Source: Candidatus Woesearchaeota archaeon (GTDB taxonomy: Archaea; Nanobdellota; Nanobdellia; Woesearchaeales; SKGA01). Taken from it: a stretch of 45,121 nt of DNA. The DNA lies in contig SKGA01000030.1 in the NCBI GenBank assembly GCA_007117735.1, positions 1 through 45,121 of the forward strand, in the 5' to 3' direction. A program made the translations under genes and the position numbers. This document shows positions 1-9,879 of this stretch, in pieces. Numbering within the stretch: the stretch's first letter is position 1; each line of letters opens with the position of its first letter. A model generated the notes under the pieces. The model made no database searches and was not told the origin of the DNA. It worked only from the letters and a program-made list of their open reading frames with translations.

Positions 1-260
1 GAGAAAGAAAAACCACACCCACTACCTTTTTTATGAGCGTCAATCGCCACAGAAAGAGAAATGTCAAGAGCATCATCAGAAAGAAGAATACCTGTATCAG
101 AAGCAACAGCACCTCCATTCATGAAAAAAGGAGAAGCAGGAATAAGTTCACGAGCAAAAATACGATCAGACACTTCTTTTGAACCACGAGCAACACGGAG
201 TATCGCCTGATCAAGAGACTCATCAGAACACGTATAATATTTAAGAACTCGCTTATCCAT
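1..260 (-). CDS. Divergent ribonucleotide reductase large-subunit (class II NrdJ-like) homolog, 5' part only (runs off the window)
   Basis: Not in the ORF track. Manual translation from ATG at 260 gives MDKRVLKYYTCSDESLDQAILRVARGSKEVSDRIFARELIPASPFFMNGGAVASDTGILLSDDALDISLSVAIDAHKKGSGCGFSFS, matching the RNR motifs RVA, F/I-P-x-SP-xx-MN-x-G and HK-x-GGG-x-GFSFS. Starts 7 nt after the PCNA stop. Confidence 0.65.
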   Translation of the reverse strand, partial: MDKRVLKYYTCSDESLDQAILRVARGSKEVSDRIFARELIPASPFFMNGGAVASDTGILLSDDALDISLSVAIDAHKKGSGCGFSF

Positions 261-267
261 AGGACTC

Positions 268-1008
268 TTAATCGTTATCAACACGAGGAGCAAGAATAAA
301 ACTCATATCAACATGATCTTGCACCGTGTATTCTAGACGGAGAGGATAATCTTTACTAAACTTAATTATGACTTTGTCAGAAAGTTTTGAACCCTGCATC
401 ATTTTTTTCAAGTACTCAATAGAATACTTTGCCTGAGCAGACTCATCAGAACACGTAACACTCGTAACGGTATCAGTAGGAATATCAACAGTTGCCTTAC
501 TTAAGTCACCTTTAGAACTTACCGTGAATAAATTTTCAGAAGCAGAGAAGCTTACACTTTCACCAACAACATCAACATCATCAACCGCATCATTAAACAC
601 GGAAGAAGACGTGTTCACTGTAACAGCGAAAGAAAGACTAGGAACTTTTTGAGAAGAATCCTCAGCCTCAATTAGCGGTAAGTGGAACACTCTCTTAGAA
701 GCGCTTTGTAAAGTGATTTGTAACGTGTTCTCATCAAGTTCTAAAGTTAAGGTGTCAGAAGATTTAATCCGACGAAGAACTTGTTTTAAGTTATTGAGAT
801 TAATAGTGAAAGAAGAAGCATCGGTCTTTTCATACGTGGTGAAAGAAGAAGCGAGTAAGCTAAAGGAAACCATCGCCACATTAGCAGGATCCATTGCTAC
901 AACATCTAAGGAATTTTCTTCGATACGAAACGTCGCTTCAGTTACGATATCAGAAATAATAGTTACGCCATCTTTAAAATATTTAGGATTGGAAAGAGTT
1001 AATTTCAT
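268..1008 (-). CDS. pcn: DNA sliding clamp PCNA
   Basis: 246 aa; AMDPANVAMV, AKYSIEYLKKM, DYPLRLEY and FILAPRV motifs. Confidence 0.97.
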   Translation of the reverse strand: MKLTLSNPKYFKDGVTIISDIVTEATFRIEENSLDVVAMDPANVAMVSFSLLASSFTTYEKTDASSFTINLNNLKQVLRRIKSSDTLTLELDENTLQITLQSASKRVFHLPLIEAEDSSQKVPSLSFAVTVNTSSSVFNDAVDDVDVVGESVSFSASENLFTVSSKGDLSKATVDIPTDTVTSVTCSDESAQAKYSIEYLKKMMQGSKLSDKVIIKFSKDYPLRLEYTVQDHVDMSFILAPRVDND

Positions 1009-1041
1009 ACTTGAAGTGAAAGCAAAGAAGATATATAAACC

Positions 1042-2325
1042 TTATGTTCGAGAAAAAGAAAAGGTTTCAAAAAGACGAATATCAACAAGTTTTTCTTTAT
1101 CAACAAAAGACTTAAACGCTTCCAAACCACGAGACTCAGCATGAGCAGGAAGAATCATCGCAGGATTTAACCACTCGATAACCTCTTTATGATCTTGAGC
1201 ATGAGCATGGCCTGTTGCATGAACATCCTTATAGACTGAAACACCCTTCTCCTCGAGTTTCTGTTCGAGAACAGCCCGTGCTTCACGAGTAAGAGGAGTG
1301 GGAATGACACGACAAGAAAAAATCACCGCATCATCACGAGTAAACTGAAACAACCCATCAGCCATACGAGAAAGAACAGCCTTAGGCTCACCCTGATGAC
1401 CAGTCACCATGAAGAAATATTTTTCAGGAGTACGACATTTTGAAAGAAACGAATCAATTTGACGACGATACACTAAAGACTTTACATCCTGAGGGAAAAA
1501 ATCTTTGGCAGCAGCGACATACTTTGCCAAGCTTCGACCAACAAAAACAGGTTCACGACCAAGTTGTTTTGCCAAATCAAGAGCGGAACGTAAACGACTC
1601 AACTGAGAAGAAAACGTGGAAAAAACAATCGCACGTTTTTTATCAAGCTCAGGAGCAAGAGCTAACACTTCATCACGAGCAGCACGCTCAGAAGGAGCAT
1701 AACCAGGAAGATGAGCGTTTAACGTATCAAGAATAAGAAGAGAAGGAGACAAGTCTTTTAAGCGAGCAACATCAGTAGGTTTTTCAAAGACAGGATCAGT
1801 ATCGTTTTTATAATCATTCAAATATAACACCGTGCCATCATTTGGAGTATGAATAGCAATACCAACCGTTTGAGGAGTCGAATGCGCTACATGAATAAAC
1901 TCAACAGAAATACCTGCAACAAAAAAAGTTGAGCCAGCATCTTGAGGACGACAATCAACAGATGTTCGCTCCGCGAGCGCACGAATAACATTACACGTAA
2001 AAGGAGTTGCATATAATGGACATTTTAAACGCTTCATAATGTAGGGAATTGCCCCGACATGATCAAGATGAGCATGAGAAATACACGCGCCAACAATATT
2101 TTTTTTGTTAAGAGAGAAAAAACGAGCTTCAGGAATCGCCTTCGCGCGAGAAAGTTTTCGAAACAAATGCTTCTTTTCAGCCAAATCATCCTGAGTTACT
2201 TCAATATACCGTTCAAGATGAACACCCATATCAAGAATAATGATTTTACCATCAACATCAACAGCGATGCAATTTCGACCGACTTCTCCACCAAAACCTC
2301 CTAGAGGCGTTACTTTTACTACCAT
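1042..2325 (-). CDS. rnj: Ribonuclease J (metallo-beta-lactamase/beta-CASP)
   Basis: LGG..EVGRN, LDMG, SHAHLDHVGA, HS, TGHQGEP and HATGHA motifs. Start reset to MVVKV at 2325 because the ORF-track extension overlaps the tRNA. Confidence 0.9.
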   Translation of the reverse strand: MVVKVTPLGGFGGEVGRNCIAVDVDGKIIILDMGVHLERYIEVTQDDLAEKKHLFRKLSRAKAIPEARFFSLNKKNIVGACISHAHLDHVGAIPYIMKRLKCPLYATPFTCNVIRALAERTSVDCRPQDAGSTFFVAGISVEFIHVAHSTPQTVGIAIHTPNDGTVLYLNDYKNDTDPVFEKPTDVARLKDLSPSLLILDTLNAHLPGYAPSERAARDEVLALAPELDKKRAIVFSTFSSQLSRLRSALDLAKQLGREPVFVGRSLAKYVAAAKDFFPQDVKSLVYRRQIDSFLSKCRTPEKYFFMVTGHQGEPKAVLSRMADGLFQFTRDDAVIFSCRVIPTPLTREARAVLEQKLEEKGVSVYKDVHATGHAHAQDHKEVIEWLNPAMILPAHAESRGLEAFKSFVDKEKLVDIRLFETFSFSRT

Positions 2326-2335
2326 TTTAAATTGA

Positions 2336-2461
2336 TGCAGGAAAAGGGATTCGAACCCCTGTAGGCATAAGCCAATGGATTGCTCAGTCATTGCTTCAAA
2401 AGAAGCTCATCACTCAAAAAACACTTGAGTCCATCCCGTTTGACCGCTCCGGCATTCCTGC
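2336..2461 (-). tRNA. tRNA-Leu(CAA) with a 43-nt intron at canonical position 37/38 (intron 2381-2423)
   Basis: Acceptor stem GCAGGAA/TTCCTGC, D arm GCCGGAGCGGTCAAACGGG, anticodon stem ATGGA/TCCAT with CT-CAA-G, long variable arm, T-loop GGTTCGAATCC. Exon-intron junctions form a bulge-helix-bulge (CTCA/TGAG helix, two 3-nt bulges). CCA is not encoded. Confidence 0.95.
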
Positions 2462-2502
2462 AATACAAAAGAAAAGAAAGAAAGAATTATTTAAAAAGAT
2501 GT

Positions 2503-2877
2503 TTATTTCAACTTTGCAAGTTTTGCTTCAATAGCCTGTAAAGCCTTATCCAACTTATCAACATCAGAAGCAGGAAGAGAAAAGGAATGAGGCTTTTCTA
2601 CTTCATGACCATGCTCAGCAGGAGGAAGCGTTTTTCTACGAGTAGCTTCTTCTTCAAGAAGTTCTTGATGAGGAAGAGAATCACGTAACGCATGAATCGT
2701 CTCAGAAACATCAGCAATTTGACGATATAAAGTTTCTTTTAAGTCATCCTTTGCTTGCACAAGCTCACGGAGACGGAGTTGAATTTTACTCGCGAGTAAA
2801 ACCTCCTTAGATGAAGCTAATAAATGAGCATGAGTTTTATTTTTGTCAGTAATTTTAACAAAATAAGAATCACTCAT
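2503..2877 (-). CDS. Hypothetical coiled-coil protein
   Basis: 124 aa; GAGGT SD upstream; overlaps the upstream gene; YFVKI strand followed by long helices. Confidence 0.75.
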   Translation of the reverse strand: MSDSYFVKITDKNKTHAHLLASSKEVLLASKIQLRLRELVQAKDDLKETLYRQIADVSETIHALRDSLPHQELLEEEATRRKTLPPAEHGHEVEKPHSFSLPASDVDKLDKALQAIEAKLAKLK

Positions 2878-3097
2878 TGTCTACCTCGAATAATGTTTTA
2901 TCGACAGTTGCTAAATTATCGTGAACCGCATGTAAATGTTTTTTCCACATGATTAATTCTTGATCTTCTTTTTCTCGAAGAGCAGTCAACTCATCAAGCG
3001 TACCTTGCACGCCCTCAAGCTGTTGTTTTAATTCATCAATTAAATCGAGAACTTCTCGATAATTATCAATTTTAATAAATACTGAAGATTTTCCCAT
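2870..3097 (-). CDS. Small hypothetical coiled-coil protein
   Basis: VFIKIDNYREVLDLIDELK helical hairpin; GGTGA SD before ATG 3097 (alternative GTG start 3106). Confidence 0.8.
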   Translation of the reverse strand: MGKSSVFIKIDNYREVLDLIDELKQQLEGVQGTLDELTALREKEDQELIMWKKHLHAVHDNLATVDKTLFEVDNE

Positions 3098-3102
3098 AAC
3101 TA

Positions 3103-3849
3103 TCACCTTTCAAAATACTCCTCAATTTCAAGAAGTTTTGCTTGAACATTTAATTGTTGATCTATAATTTTTTGAACTAGATCGGCCTGATTGTCAATCG
3201 AAGCTTTTGCAAATAACAACTCTTCATCAAGTTTTTTATCAATAACTTCCAAAGTATGAAGAATATCAACATAAGACTGTTTTTCAATAAACAATTCATC
3301 ATCAGCTAAACGAGAAACATGTTTCTCTTTGGAAGGAGCAGGAGCCTCGAAAAAAGAAGGTTCAGAAGGAACAGAACGTTCACTCGAGAAAAGAGAGTCT
3401 TTTGATTCTTGAGAAGAAACAGGAACCTCAACATCAGCATCATTATTATCCACTTCGTTAAAAGCAGGATCGACATCATTCTCTTGATTTTGAGAAATAT
3501 TAATTTCAGTTTCAATTTCAGTTTCAGGAAGATCATTTTGAAAACTAGATGAATCTTGTTCATCCACTGCAAGAGCATCATCTTCTGGAAGAGAAGAAAC
3601 AGGTTCTTGAGACAACTCGTTGACAGGACCATCTTCTACATTTTTTTGAATAGTATCTAAAGGAGGAAGATCATCAGGAATCTCAGGATGAGTATCAGAT
3701 TGAACAGCTTCTTGATTCTGAATTGGTTGAGTTGATACGTCTAACGAACTTGAAGAATCCCCATCTTTTTCATCAAAAGAAGGAATAGGCGGAAGATCAT
3801 CAAGAGAAGAAACATCGCTTTTTTTCTTTTTAAAATTAAATAAACCCAT
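3103..3849 (-). CDS. Hypothetical protein: long acidic disordered region plus C-terminal helical hairpin
   Basis: GAGGT SD before ATG 3849; MGLFNFKKKK N-terminus; D/E/P/S-rich linker; C-terminal LFIEKQSYVDIL module. Confidence 0.8.
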   Translation of the reverse strand: MGLFNFKKKKSDVSSLDDLPPIPSFDEKDGDSSSSLDVSTQPIQNQEAVQSDTHPEIPDDLPPLDTIQKNVEDGPVNELSQEPVSSLPEDDALAVDEQDSSSFQNDLPETEIETEINISQNQENDVDPAFNEVDNNDADVEVPVSSQESKDSLFSSERSVPSEPSFFEAPAPSKEKHVSRLADDELFIEKQSYVDILHTLEVIDKKLDEELLFAKASIDNQADLVQKIIDQQLNVQAKLLEIEEYFER

Positions 3850-3983
3850 ACTCAAACCTCTTTATAAAAAATCTTTGAGCTACAATAGTTTAAAAAACTT
3901 ACTCACCACTCTTAAAAAGTAAACGAAATATTTTCGGAAAAGAAACACATACCTATAAAGCACACTACAACGATAAACAATAC

Positions 3984-5354
3984 ATGAAATATGTACTTAT
4001 CATCACGGTATGCATCCTTGCACTCCCCCTCGTACAAGGAACTGTTGAAGTAGATTATCAAGGAGAACGACTCGAATTTCAATTAACTATTGAAGATGCG
4101 TGCACACCAACGCCAAACGCGTTTCGCATTGAACGACTTAATCACTATACAGGAATAGAACCACTCACCATAACTTATACTTTAGAACAAAACAATTATA
4201 CAGAAACCATCAGCAGAACAATAAATCGATTTACTGGAACAGGAACAGGAACGTACAAAGCAACAAACAGTACAGTATACATTCATATTGAAAATACGAC
4301 ACTTACTTGGGAAAACACGTGCGGAGTTGAAGAAGAAATAATCATTACGTGTCCACAAGAATTTATTGTAGAAACAAATGAAAACATTTTTTTACCGCGA
4401 GAACAAGTACGCCTCTATTTTTCAAGCGATACTAGTAACAACTACGAAATAGATTACGGTATAGAAACACTCCATGGAACCATTAGAAAACCCTACCTTA
4501 CCACCACAAATATGCAACCAAAACACTACACCATACCCGCATCACTCCAAGAAGAAGCGCTTATTATTCGAGCAACCCTTCAAGAAAACGACTGTCCACC
4601 CTTGACAACAACAAAAGTTATTGGTATACAACAAGAGAATGAAGAAGAAAAACAAGAAGAAGCACATATTTCATTACGAACAGAACATACAACGCAAGGA
4701 ATACGAGTACACCTCAAACCAGAACACATGACACAAATAACTAATTTACGAATTAGAGATATGAACGGAACAACCATCACTCAGCCACTACGAATACGAC
4801 CAACAGGAGAAGTTGAACTAGAAATTCCTACTACAAACTACCCAGCATTAGTACGTGTACAAGCACACTCGCGAGATCATTTTATTGAAGAATACGTACA
4901 CATCCCTCAAGAAGAAAAAAGCACCACACTCAACCTTATCCGCACCTATACCCGACAACAATACGTAGATGAAACGCTACGATGGTATGTTCGAGTCAAC
5001 AGCCAAGGAGCACATGCGATTAAAGTAGAAACGCCGCTTGAAAATCAAACACAATTTTTCCAAACAGGAAAAGAACACACTGTTGCATTTCACCTACAAG
5101 CACAAACAGAACTAAACATTACTACGTACCTCAAAAATGAAGAAGAAATAAAGAAAAATACTACCACACTCTACCTTCAAGAGCGAGCCGCACCTGTTCT
5201 CGTCCCGCGGGAAAATCTCAGCACCATCACGCCGCTGCCAACAGGACGAGTTGTTGAGGAAATTAACGCCCCGGGAAGCAATCCTTGGCCTGTTTTAGGC
5301 GGTTTTCTCGCTCTTGGAGGCCTCATTTTTCTTATACGCAAGAAAGGTTTATAA
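3984..5354 (+). CDS. Secreted, C-terminally membrane-anchored surface protein
   Basis: Signal peptide MKYVLIITVCILALPLVQG; Thr-rich, beta-strand-like body; C-terminal TM (WPVLGGFLALGGLIFLI) and basic tail RKKGL. Confidence 0.75.
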   Translation: MKYVLIITVCILALPLVQGTVEVDYQGERLEFQLTIEDACTPTPNAFRIERLNHYTGIEPLTITYTLEQNNYTETISRTINRFTGTGTGTYKATNSTVYIHIENTTLTWENTCGVEEEIIITCPQEFIVETNENIFLPREQVRLYFSSDTSNNYEIDYGIETLHGTIRKPYLTTTNMQPKHYTIPASLQEEALIIRATLQENDCPPLTTTKVIGIQQENEEEKQEEAHISLRTEHTTQGIRVHLKPEHMTQITNLRIRDMNGTTITQPLRIRPTGEVELEIPTTNYPALVRVQAHSRDHFIEEYVHIPQEEKSTTLNLIRTYTRQQYVDETLRWYVRVNSQGAHAIKVETPLENQTQFFQTGKEHTVAFHLQAQTELNITTYLKNEEEIKKNTTTLYLQERAAPVLVPRENLSTITPLPTGRVVEEINAPGSNPWPVLGGFLALGGLIFLIRKKGL

Positions 5355-5393
5355 ACCAGTGAAAACCCACACTATAAGTGTGGTTGATATTAC

Positions 5394-5984
5394 ATGAAAG
5401 CAAAAGAAATTGAACAAAAAATTGATGAAGGACATTTACGAGTAAATGTTATTTTTGAGCTCGTAGGAAAACCACGAGAACACGTAGAACAAACCATTAA
5501 AGCATACGTGGAGAACGTAAGTACACAAGAAGGAGTACATCTGTTAAGTCAAGAAATAGACGATGTAGATGAACTTGAAGAAGGTGTATTTAGCACCATT
5601 GCAGAAACAGAACTCCTTGTAGAAAATATTGAAAAACTTACCTGGTTAGCGTTTAATTTTTCACCAGCATCCATTGAACTTCTTGAACCAGAAGAAATCG
5701 CACTCGACCAACGACAAACAACAATGTGGTTAAATGATATGCTTGCAAAACTTCACGAAGTAGGAATGATGCAAAAAAACATGCAAGGCCAACAAGACGT
5801 GTTAATAAAAAACTTTAATGCAATGACAAGAAACGCAATCTTACTTGCAACAAAAGAAACAAATGAAATTGAAGAAATAGGGAAAAAAGTAGGCCTTGAA
5901 GAAGTCCATGTCAAAAAATTCTTAGACGCACTTGAAAAAGAAAATAAAATTCGAGAGGAAAAAGGAAAGTACTACTTAAAATGA
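5394..5984 (+). CDS. Hypothetical protein with probable C-terminal winged-helix
   Basis: 196 aa; C-terminus EIGKKVGLEEVHVKKFLDALEKENKIREEKGKYYL is HTH/wing-like; 4-nt overlap with scpB. Confidence 0.7.
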   Translation: MKAKEIEQKIDEGHLRVNVIFELVGKPREHVEQTIKAYVENVSTQEGVHLLSQEIDDVDELEEGVFSTIAETELLVENIEKLTWLAFNFSPASIELLEPEEIALDQRQTTMWLNDMLAKLHEVGMMQKNMQGQQDVLIKNFNAMTRNAILLATKETNEIEEIGKKVGLEEVHVKKFLDALEKENKIREEKGKYYLK

Positions 5985-6760
5985 AAGATTTGACCAAACA
6001 AATCGAAGCAATCCTATACGCTTCAGGAAAAGGAGTAAGCGAAACACAACTCGCAACCTACTGTGAAGAAAAACCTCGTGCAATAAAAAAAGCATTGCAA
6101 GAACTGCAAGAAGCATACGAGGCGTTTGATAGCAGTCTTACTATCGGCCAATACCAAGACCGATGGAAATTAACCGTACGAAGTAAGTACAGTCCCTACA
6201 TTCAAAAAATTGTGAGTGAAACAGAATTTTCACCAGCACTTCTCAAAACACTAGCAGTAATCGCCTACAAAAGTCCAGTACTCCAAGCAGATGTTATCTC
6301 AATGAGAGGACAAAGTGGATATGATCACATCAAAGTGCTAGTAAAAGAAAAATTTGTAACAAAAGAAGATGCAGGACGAAGTTACCTTCTTAAAATCACA
6401 GAAAAATTCTACAACTATTTTGACGTAGAAGGTGATGAAGAAATTAGAGAAGTATTCGCAGCATTAAAAACACAACAAGAACGATTACAAGCAATCGAAG
6501 AAGAACTACGAGAATCACAACAAAAACTTGGAGATTTAGAAGTAGTCGATGCTGAAGAAAAAGAACATGAAGAATTGTTTGAAACAGAAAAACAAGAACC
6601 TATTCGAAAAGAAAAAAGTCCTGAAGAAAAAGAAGTTGAACAAAATTTCCTCAGCGATATTGATAAACGAATAGAAGAACTTTCAGCACGAGTTGGCGAA
6701 CAACAACTGCCAGAACGAAAGAAAGAAGAAGAACAAGAAAAAGAAGAGGAGTATCTATAA
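5981..6760 (+). CDS. scpB: SMC-Scp complex subunit ScpB with acidic C-terminal extension
   Basis: IEAILYASG, LKTLAVIAYKSPVLQAD..RG, GRS...TEKFYNYF motifs. Confidence 0.92.
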   Translation: MKDLTKQIEAILYASGKGVSETQLATYCEEKPRAIKKALQELQEAYEAFDSSLTIGQYQDRWKLTVRSKYSPYIQKIVSETEFSPALLKTLAVIAYKSPVLQADVISMRGQSGYDHIKVLVKEKFVTKEDAGRSYLLKITEKFYNYFDVEGDEEIREVFAALKTQQERLQAIEEELRESQQKLGDLEVVDAEEKEHEELFETEKQEPIRKEKSPEEKEVEQNFLSDIDKRIEELSARVGEQQLPERKKEEEQEKEEEYL

Positions 6761-6907
6761 ATGCTATTACTTGTTCGCTGCACACATTGTCGGCAAACCA
6801 TGAACGTACAACCGAGAGGAGAAGTTATTGGAAAAGTAAAGCGATGCGTGTACTGTGGAAAAAGTTTCACTATACGAAGAGAAACTATTGAAAAAAAACT
6901 ATCGTGA
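6761..6907 (+). CDS. Small Zn-ribbon protein (48 aa)
   Basis: Not in the ORF track. MLLLVRCTHCRQTMNVQPRGEVIGKVKRCVYCGKSFTIRRETIEKKLS has two CxxC pairs, starts right after the scpB stop and fills the gap to gyrA. Confidence 0.8.
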   Translation: MLLLVRCTHCRQTMNVQPRGEVIGKVKRCVYCGKSFTIRRETIEKKLS

Positions 6908-6919
6908 GGAAACATAAAA

Positions 6920-9388
6920 ATGGAAGAAGAACAAAAACGAGATCATATTATTTCAGCAGTCATTGAAGACGAGATGAAAACTGCATACTTAGACTATGCG
7001 ATGTCCGTTATTATTGGACGAGCACTACCTGATGTTCGAGACGGACTCAAACCCGTACACCGAAGAATTCTTTTTGCAATGAATGAGATGGGAATTTTCC
7101 ATAACAAAGGATACAAAAAGAGTGCAAGAATTGTAGGAGAAGTACTTGGGAAATACCACCCACATGGCGATAGTGCAGTCTATGATAGTTTAGTGCGAAT
7201 GGCACAAAATTTTTCCTTACGATACCCTTTGATTAACGGACAAGGAAACTTTGGAAGTGTAGATGGCGACCGTGCAGCAGCAATGCGTTACACAGAAGCA
7301 AAACTTCACAAAATAAGTAGTGAATTATTAAAAGATATTGAAAAAGAAACAGTAAACTTTAGAGATAATTTTGACGACACGCTCCAAGAACCAACTGTCC
7401 TTCCAACAAAAATTCCTAATCTTCTTATCAACGGTTCATCAGGAATCGCAGTAGGAATGGCAACAAATATTCCACCGCACAATATGAGCGAAGTAGTAAG
7501 CGGCGTTATTGCATTATTAGATAATGAGGACGTAGAAATTACTGAACTTCTTAAACATGTAAAAGGACCGGACTTTCCAACAGGAGGAATTCTCACCGGA
7601 AAAAACGGCATCTTAGAAGCATACCATAAAGGGAAAGGAAAAGTTCGAGTAAAAGCAGTTATGCATGAAGAACAAATAAGAAATAGAAACACACTTATTG
7701 TAACAGAAATCCCTTACCAAGTAAATAAATCATCCTTATTAGAACAAATAGCAGACGCCGTACGAGATAAACGAATAGAAGGAATAAACGATATTCGAGA
7801 CGAATCAGATCGAACAGGAACACGAATTGTTATCGAACTAAAAAAAGATGCAAATGCAGACGTTGTGAAAAATCATTTATACAAACACTCACGAATGCAA
7901 ACAACACAAAGTATCAATCTTTTAGCACTAGTAGATAATCAACCAAAAGTACTCAACCTGAAACAAATTCTTGAAGAATTTATCAAACATCGAAAAGAAG
8001 TGGTAACCAGAAGAACAGCATTTGACTTGAAAAAAGCACAAGCAAAAGCACACCTTCTAGAAGGACTCACTATCGCACTCAATCACTTAGATGATGTTAT
8101 TGCATTAATTAAACGATCAGCAAGTGCAAAGGAAGCAAAAGAAGGACTCATGCAAACCTACGAGCTTTCTGAATTACAAGCACAAGCAATCCTTGATATG
8201 AAGTTACAAAAATTAACCAATCTTGAACAAGATAAAATTAAAACAGACTATCAAGAAACACTAGAACTCATTGCGCGACTTGAAGAATTATTAGGAAGCG
8301 AAACGCTCATCAAACAAGTTATTAAAGAAGAACTTGAAGAGATGAAAGAAAGTTATGGTGATGAACGAAAAACTGTAATTAGCGATGTGGATGATGACGA
8401 TATCGAAGATGAAGACTTAATCGCAGAAAGTGAACAAGTAGTGACAATAACAAAATCAGGATACGCAAAACGAATCGCTATTGATACGTACAAAGTCCAA
8501 AATAGAGGTGGAAAAGGAATTATTGGAACAAGAATGAAAGAAGAAGATGTGGTAGAACACCTTTTTGTAGCAAACACCCACTCCTATCTCCTAATTATTA
8601 CCGACCGTGGACAAGTACATTGGTTAAAAGTCTATAAATTACCAGAAGGAAGTCGAACATCAAAAGGAAAAGCACTTGTTAACCTCGTTCAATTAGAAAA
8701 AGAAGAACAAGTTGCAGCAGTTATTCCTGTACGAGAATTTGATGCACAACATTACTTATTTATGGCAACCAAGAATGGTGTTGTGAAAAAGACGAATCTT
8801 GAAGCGTACTCCAGACCACGAAGTAATGGAATTATTGGAATCAACCTTGATGAAGACGACCGAGTCATTGCAGTAGTAAAAACTGACGGAAAACAAAACA
8901 TCCTTCTTGCAACAAAATTAGGACAAGCAGTTCGATTCAATGAACAAGATGCTCGACCAATTGGAAGAACAAGCCGAGGAGTAAAAGGAATAACGCTGGC
9001 AAAGAACGATGAAGTTATTGGAATGATTCTTGTAGAAGATGAACAAACCATTCTGACCGTTACAGAAAACGGCTATGGAAAACGAACACCAGTCACCGAA
9101 TACCGACTTATTAATCGAGGAGGAAAAGGTGTACGAAATATTGTGTGTAGTGAACGAAACGGATCCGTAGCTCGAGTACGAGCACTGCACGGAAATGAAG
9201 ATCTCTTACTTATTTCTCGACAAGGAATTATCATGAGAACAAACAGCGAACAAATTAGCGTTATAGGAAGAAATACGCAAGGAGTTCGAATCATGAAACT
9301 TCGAGAAGACGATTGTGTAACAAGTATTGCTAAAATCGAACACGACGAAGACGATATCACACTTGAAGGTGAAGAAACAACACCATGA
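6920..9388 (+). CDS. gyrA: DNA gyrase subunit A
   Basis: [30 protein letters not shown], catalytic AAMRYTE, GyrA-box QNRGGKG, C-terminal beta-pinwheel repeats. Confidence 0.97.
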   Translation: MEEEQKRDHIISAVIEDEMKTAYLDYAMSVIIGRALPDVRDGLKPVHRRILFAMNEMGIFHNKGYKKSARIVGEVLGKYHPHGDSAVYDSLVRMAQNFSLRYPLINGQGNFGSVDGDRAAAMRYTEAKLHKISSELLKDIEKETVNFRDNFDDTLQEPTVLPTKIPNLLINGSSGIAVGMATNIPPHNMSEVVSGVIALLDNEDVEITELLKHVKGPDFPTGGILTGKNGILEAYHKGKGKVRVKAVMHEEQIRNRNTLIVTEIPYQVNKSSLLEQIADAVRDKRIEGINDIRDESDRTGTRIVIELKKDANADVVKNHLYKHSRMQTTQSINLLALVDNQPKVLNLKQILEEFIKHRKEVVTRRTAFDLKKAQAKAHLLEGLTIALNHLDDVIALIKRSASAKEAKEGLMQTYELSELQAQAILDMKLQKLTNLEQDKIKTDYQETLELIARLEELLGSETLIKQVIKEELEEMKESYGDERKTVISDVDDDDIEDEDLIAESEQVVTITKSGYAKRIAIDTYKVQNRGGKGIIGTRMKEEDVVEHLFVANTHSYLLIITDRGQVHWLKVYKLPEGSRTSKGKALVNLVQLEKEEQVAAVIPVREFDAQHYLFMATKNGVVKKTNLEAYSRPRSNGIIGINLDEDDRVIAVVKTDGKQNILLATKLGQAVRFNEQDARPIGRTSRGVKGITLAKNDEVIGMILVEDEQTILTVTENGYGKRTPVTEYRLINRGGKGVRNIVCSERNGSVARVRALHGNEDLLLISRQGIIMRTNSEQISVIGRNTQGVRIMKLREDDCVTSIAKIEHDEDDITLEGEETTP

Positions 9389-9879
9389 TTGAAGAAGAAC
9401 GATTGCGTGCAAAAGGATGGAGTGAGAAGGATATAGCTCACGCTCAAACCATTCTGAAACAACAATACGAAGAAAACGAAAAGAAAGAAATATTTTACGA
9501 ACATGTGATTCTTTATTTTTCAATACTGCTCGTATTACTCGCGACCGTTGTAGGATCATGGATGTTTATCCCGCTTCTTATTATTATGACACCAACAGTA
9601 CAAATAATAACACTTATCGTGGTAGGAATTGCAGTGGGAAGCTTTGTAGGGTATGGAATACGAACGAATAGGTACTTGCAAGAACACCATCACGGACTTA
9701 TTATGTTTCTTTTACCAATCCTCACCATTGTAGCGACTATTTTTATTGGCGGAGAAATACATTTTGTTCATGAAGCAATAGAACAAACAACACGATTACT
9801 CTCACCATTAGTACTTGCAACCATTTACGGTTTTAGCACCATCGGAAGTTACGTGCTAGTATTACGAGGAAGAAAATGA
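9385..9879 (+). CDS. Membrane protein (about 4 TM)
   Basis: Four hydrophobic segments; ATGA overlaps with gyrA and the next gene. Confidence 0.75.
   Translation: MIEEERLRAKGWSEKDIAHAQTILKQQYEENEKKEIFYEHVILYFSILLVLLATVVGSWMFIPLLIIMTPTVQIITLIVVGIAVGSFVGYGIRTNRYLQEHHHGLIMFLLPILTIVATIFIGGEIHFVHEAIEQTTRLLSPLVLATIYGFSTIGSYVLVLRGRK

Noticed and set aside
2326..2391. N-terminal extension of RNase J
   Set aside because: It overlaps the tRNA-Leu 3' exon and intron; homology begins at MVVKV.
5394..5984. Gene upstream of scpB as ScpA (kleisin)
   Set aside because: It has a wHTH-like C-terminus but no recognisable ScpA N-terminal motif (e.g. DPWDIDI).
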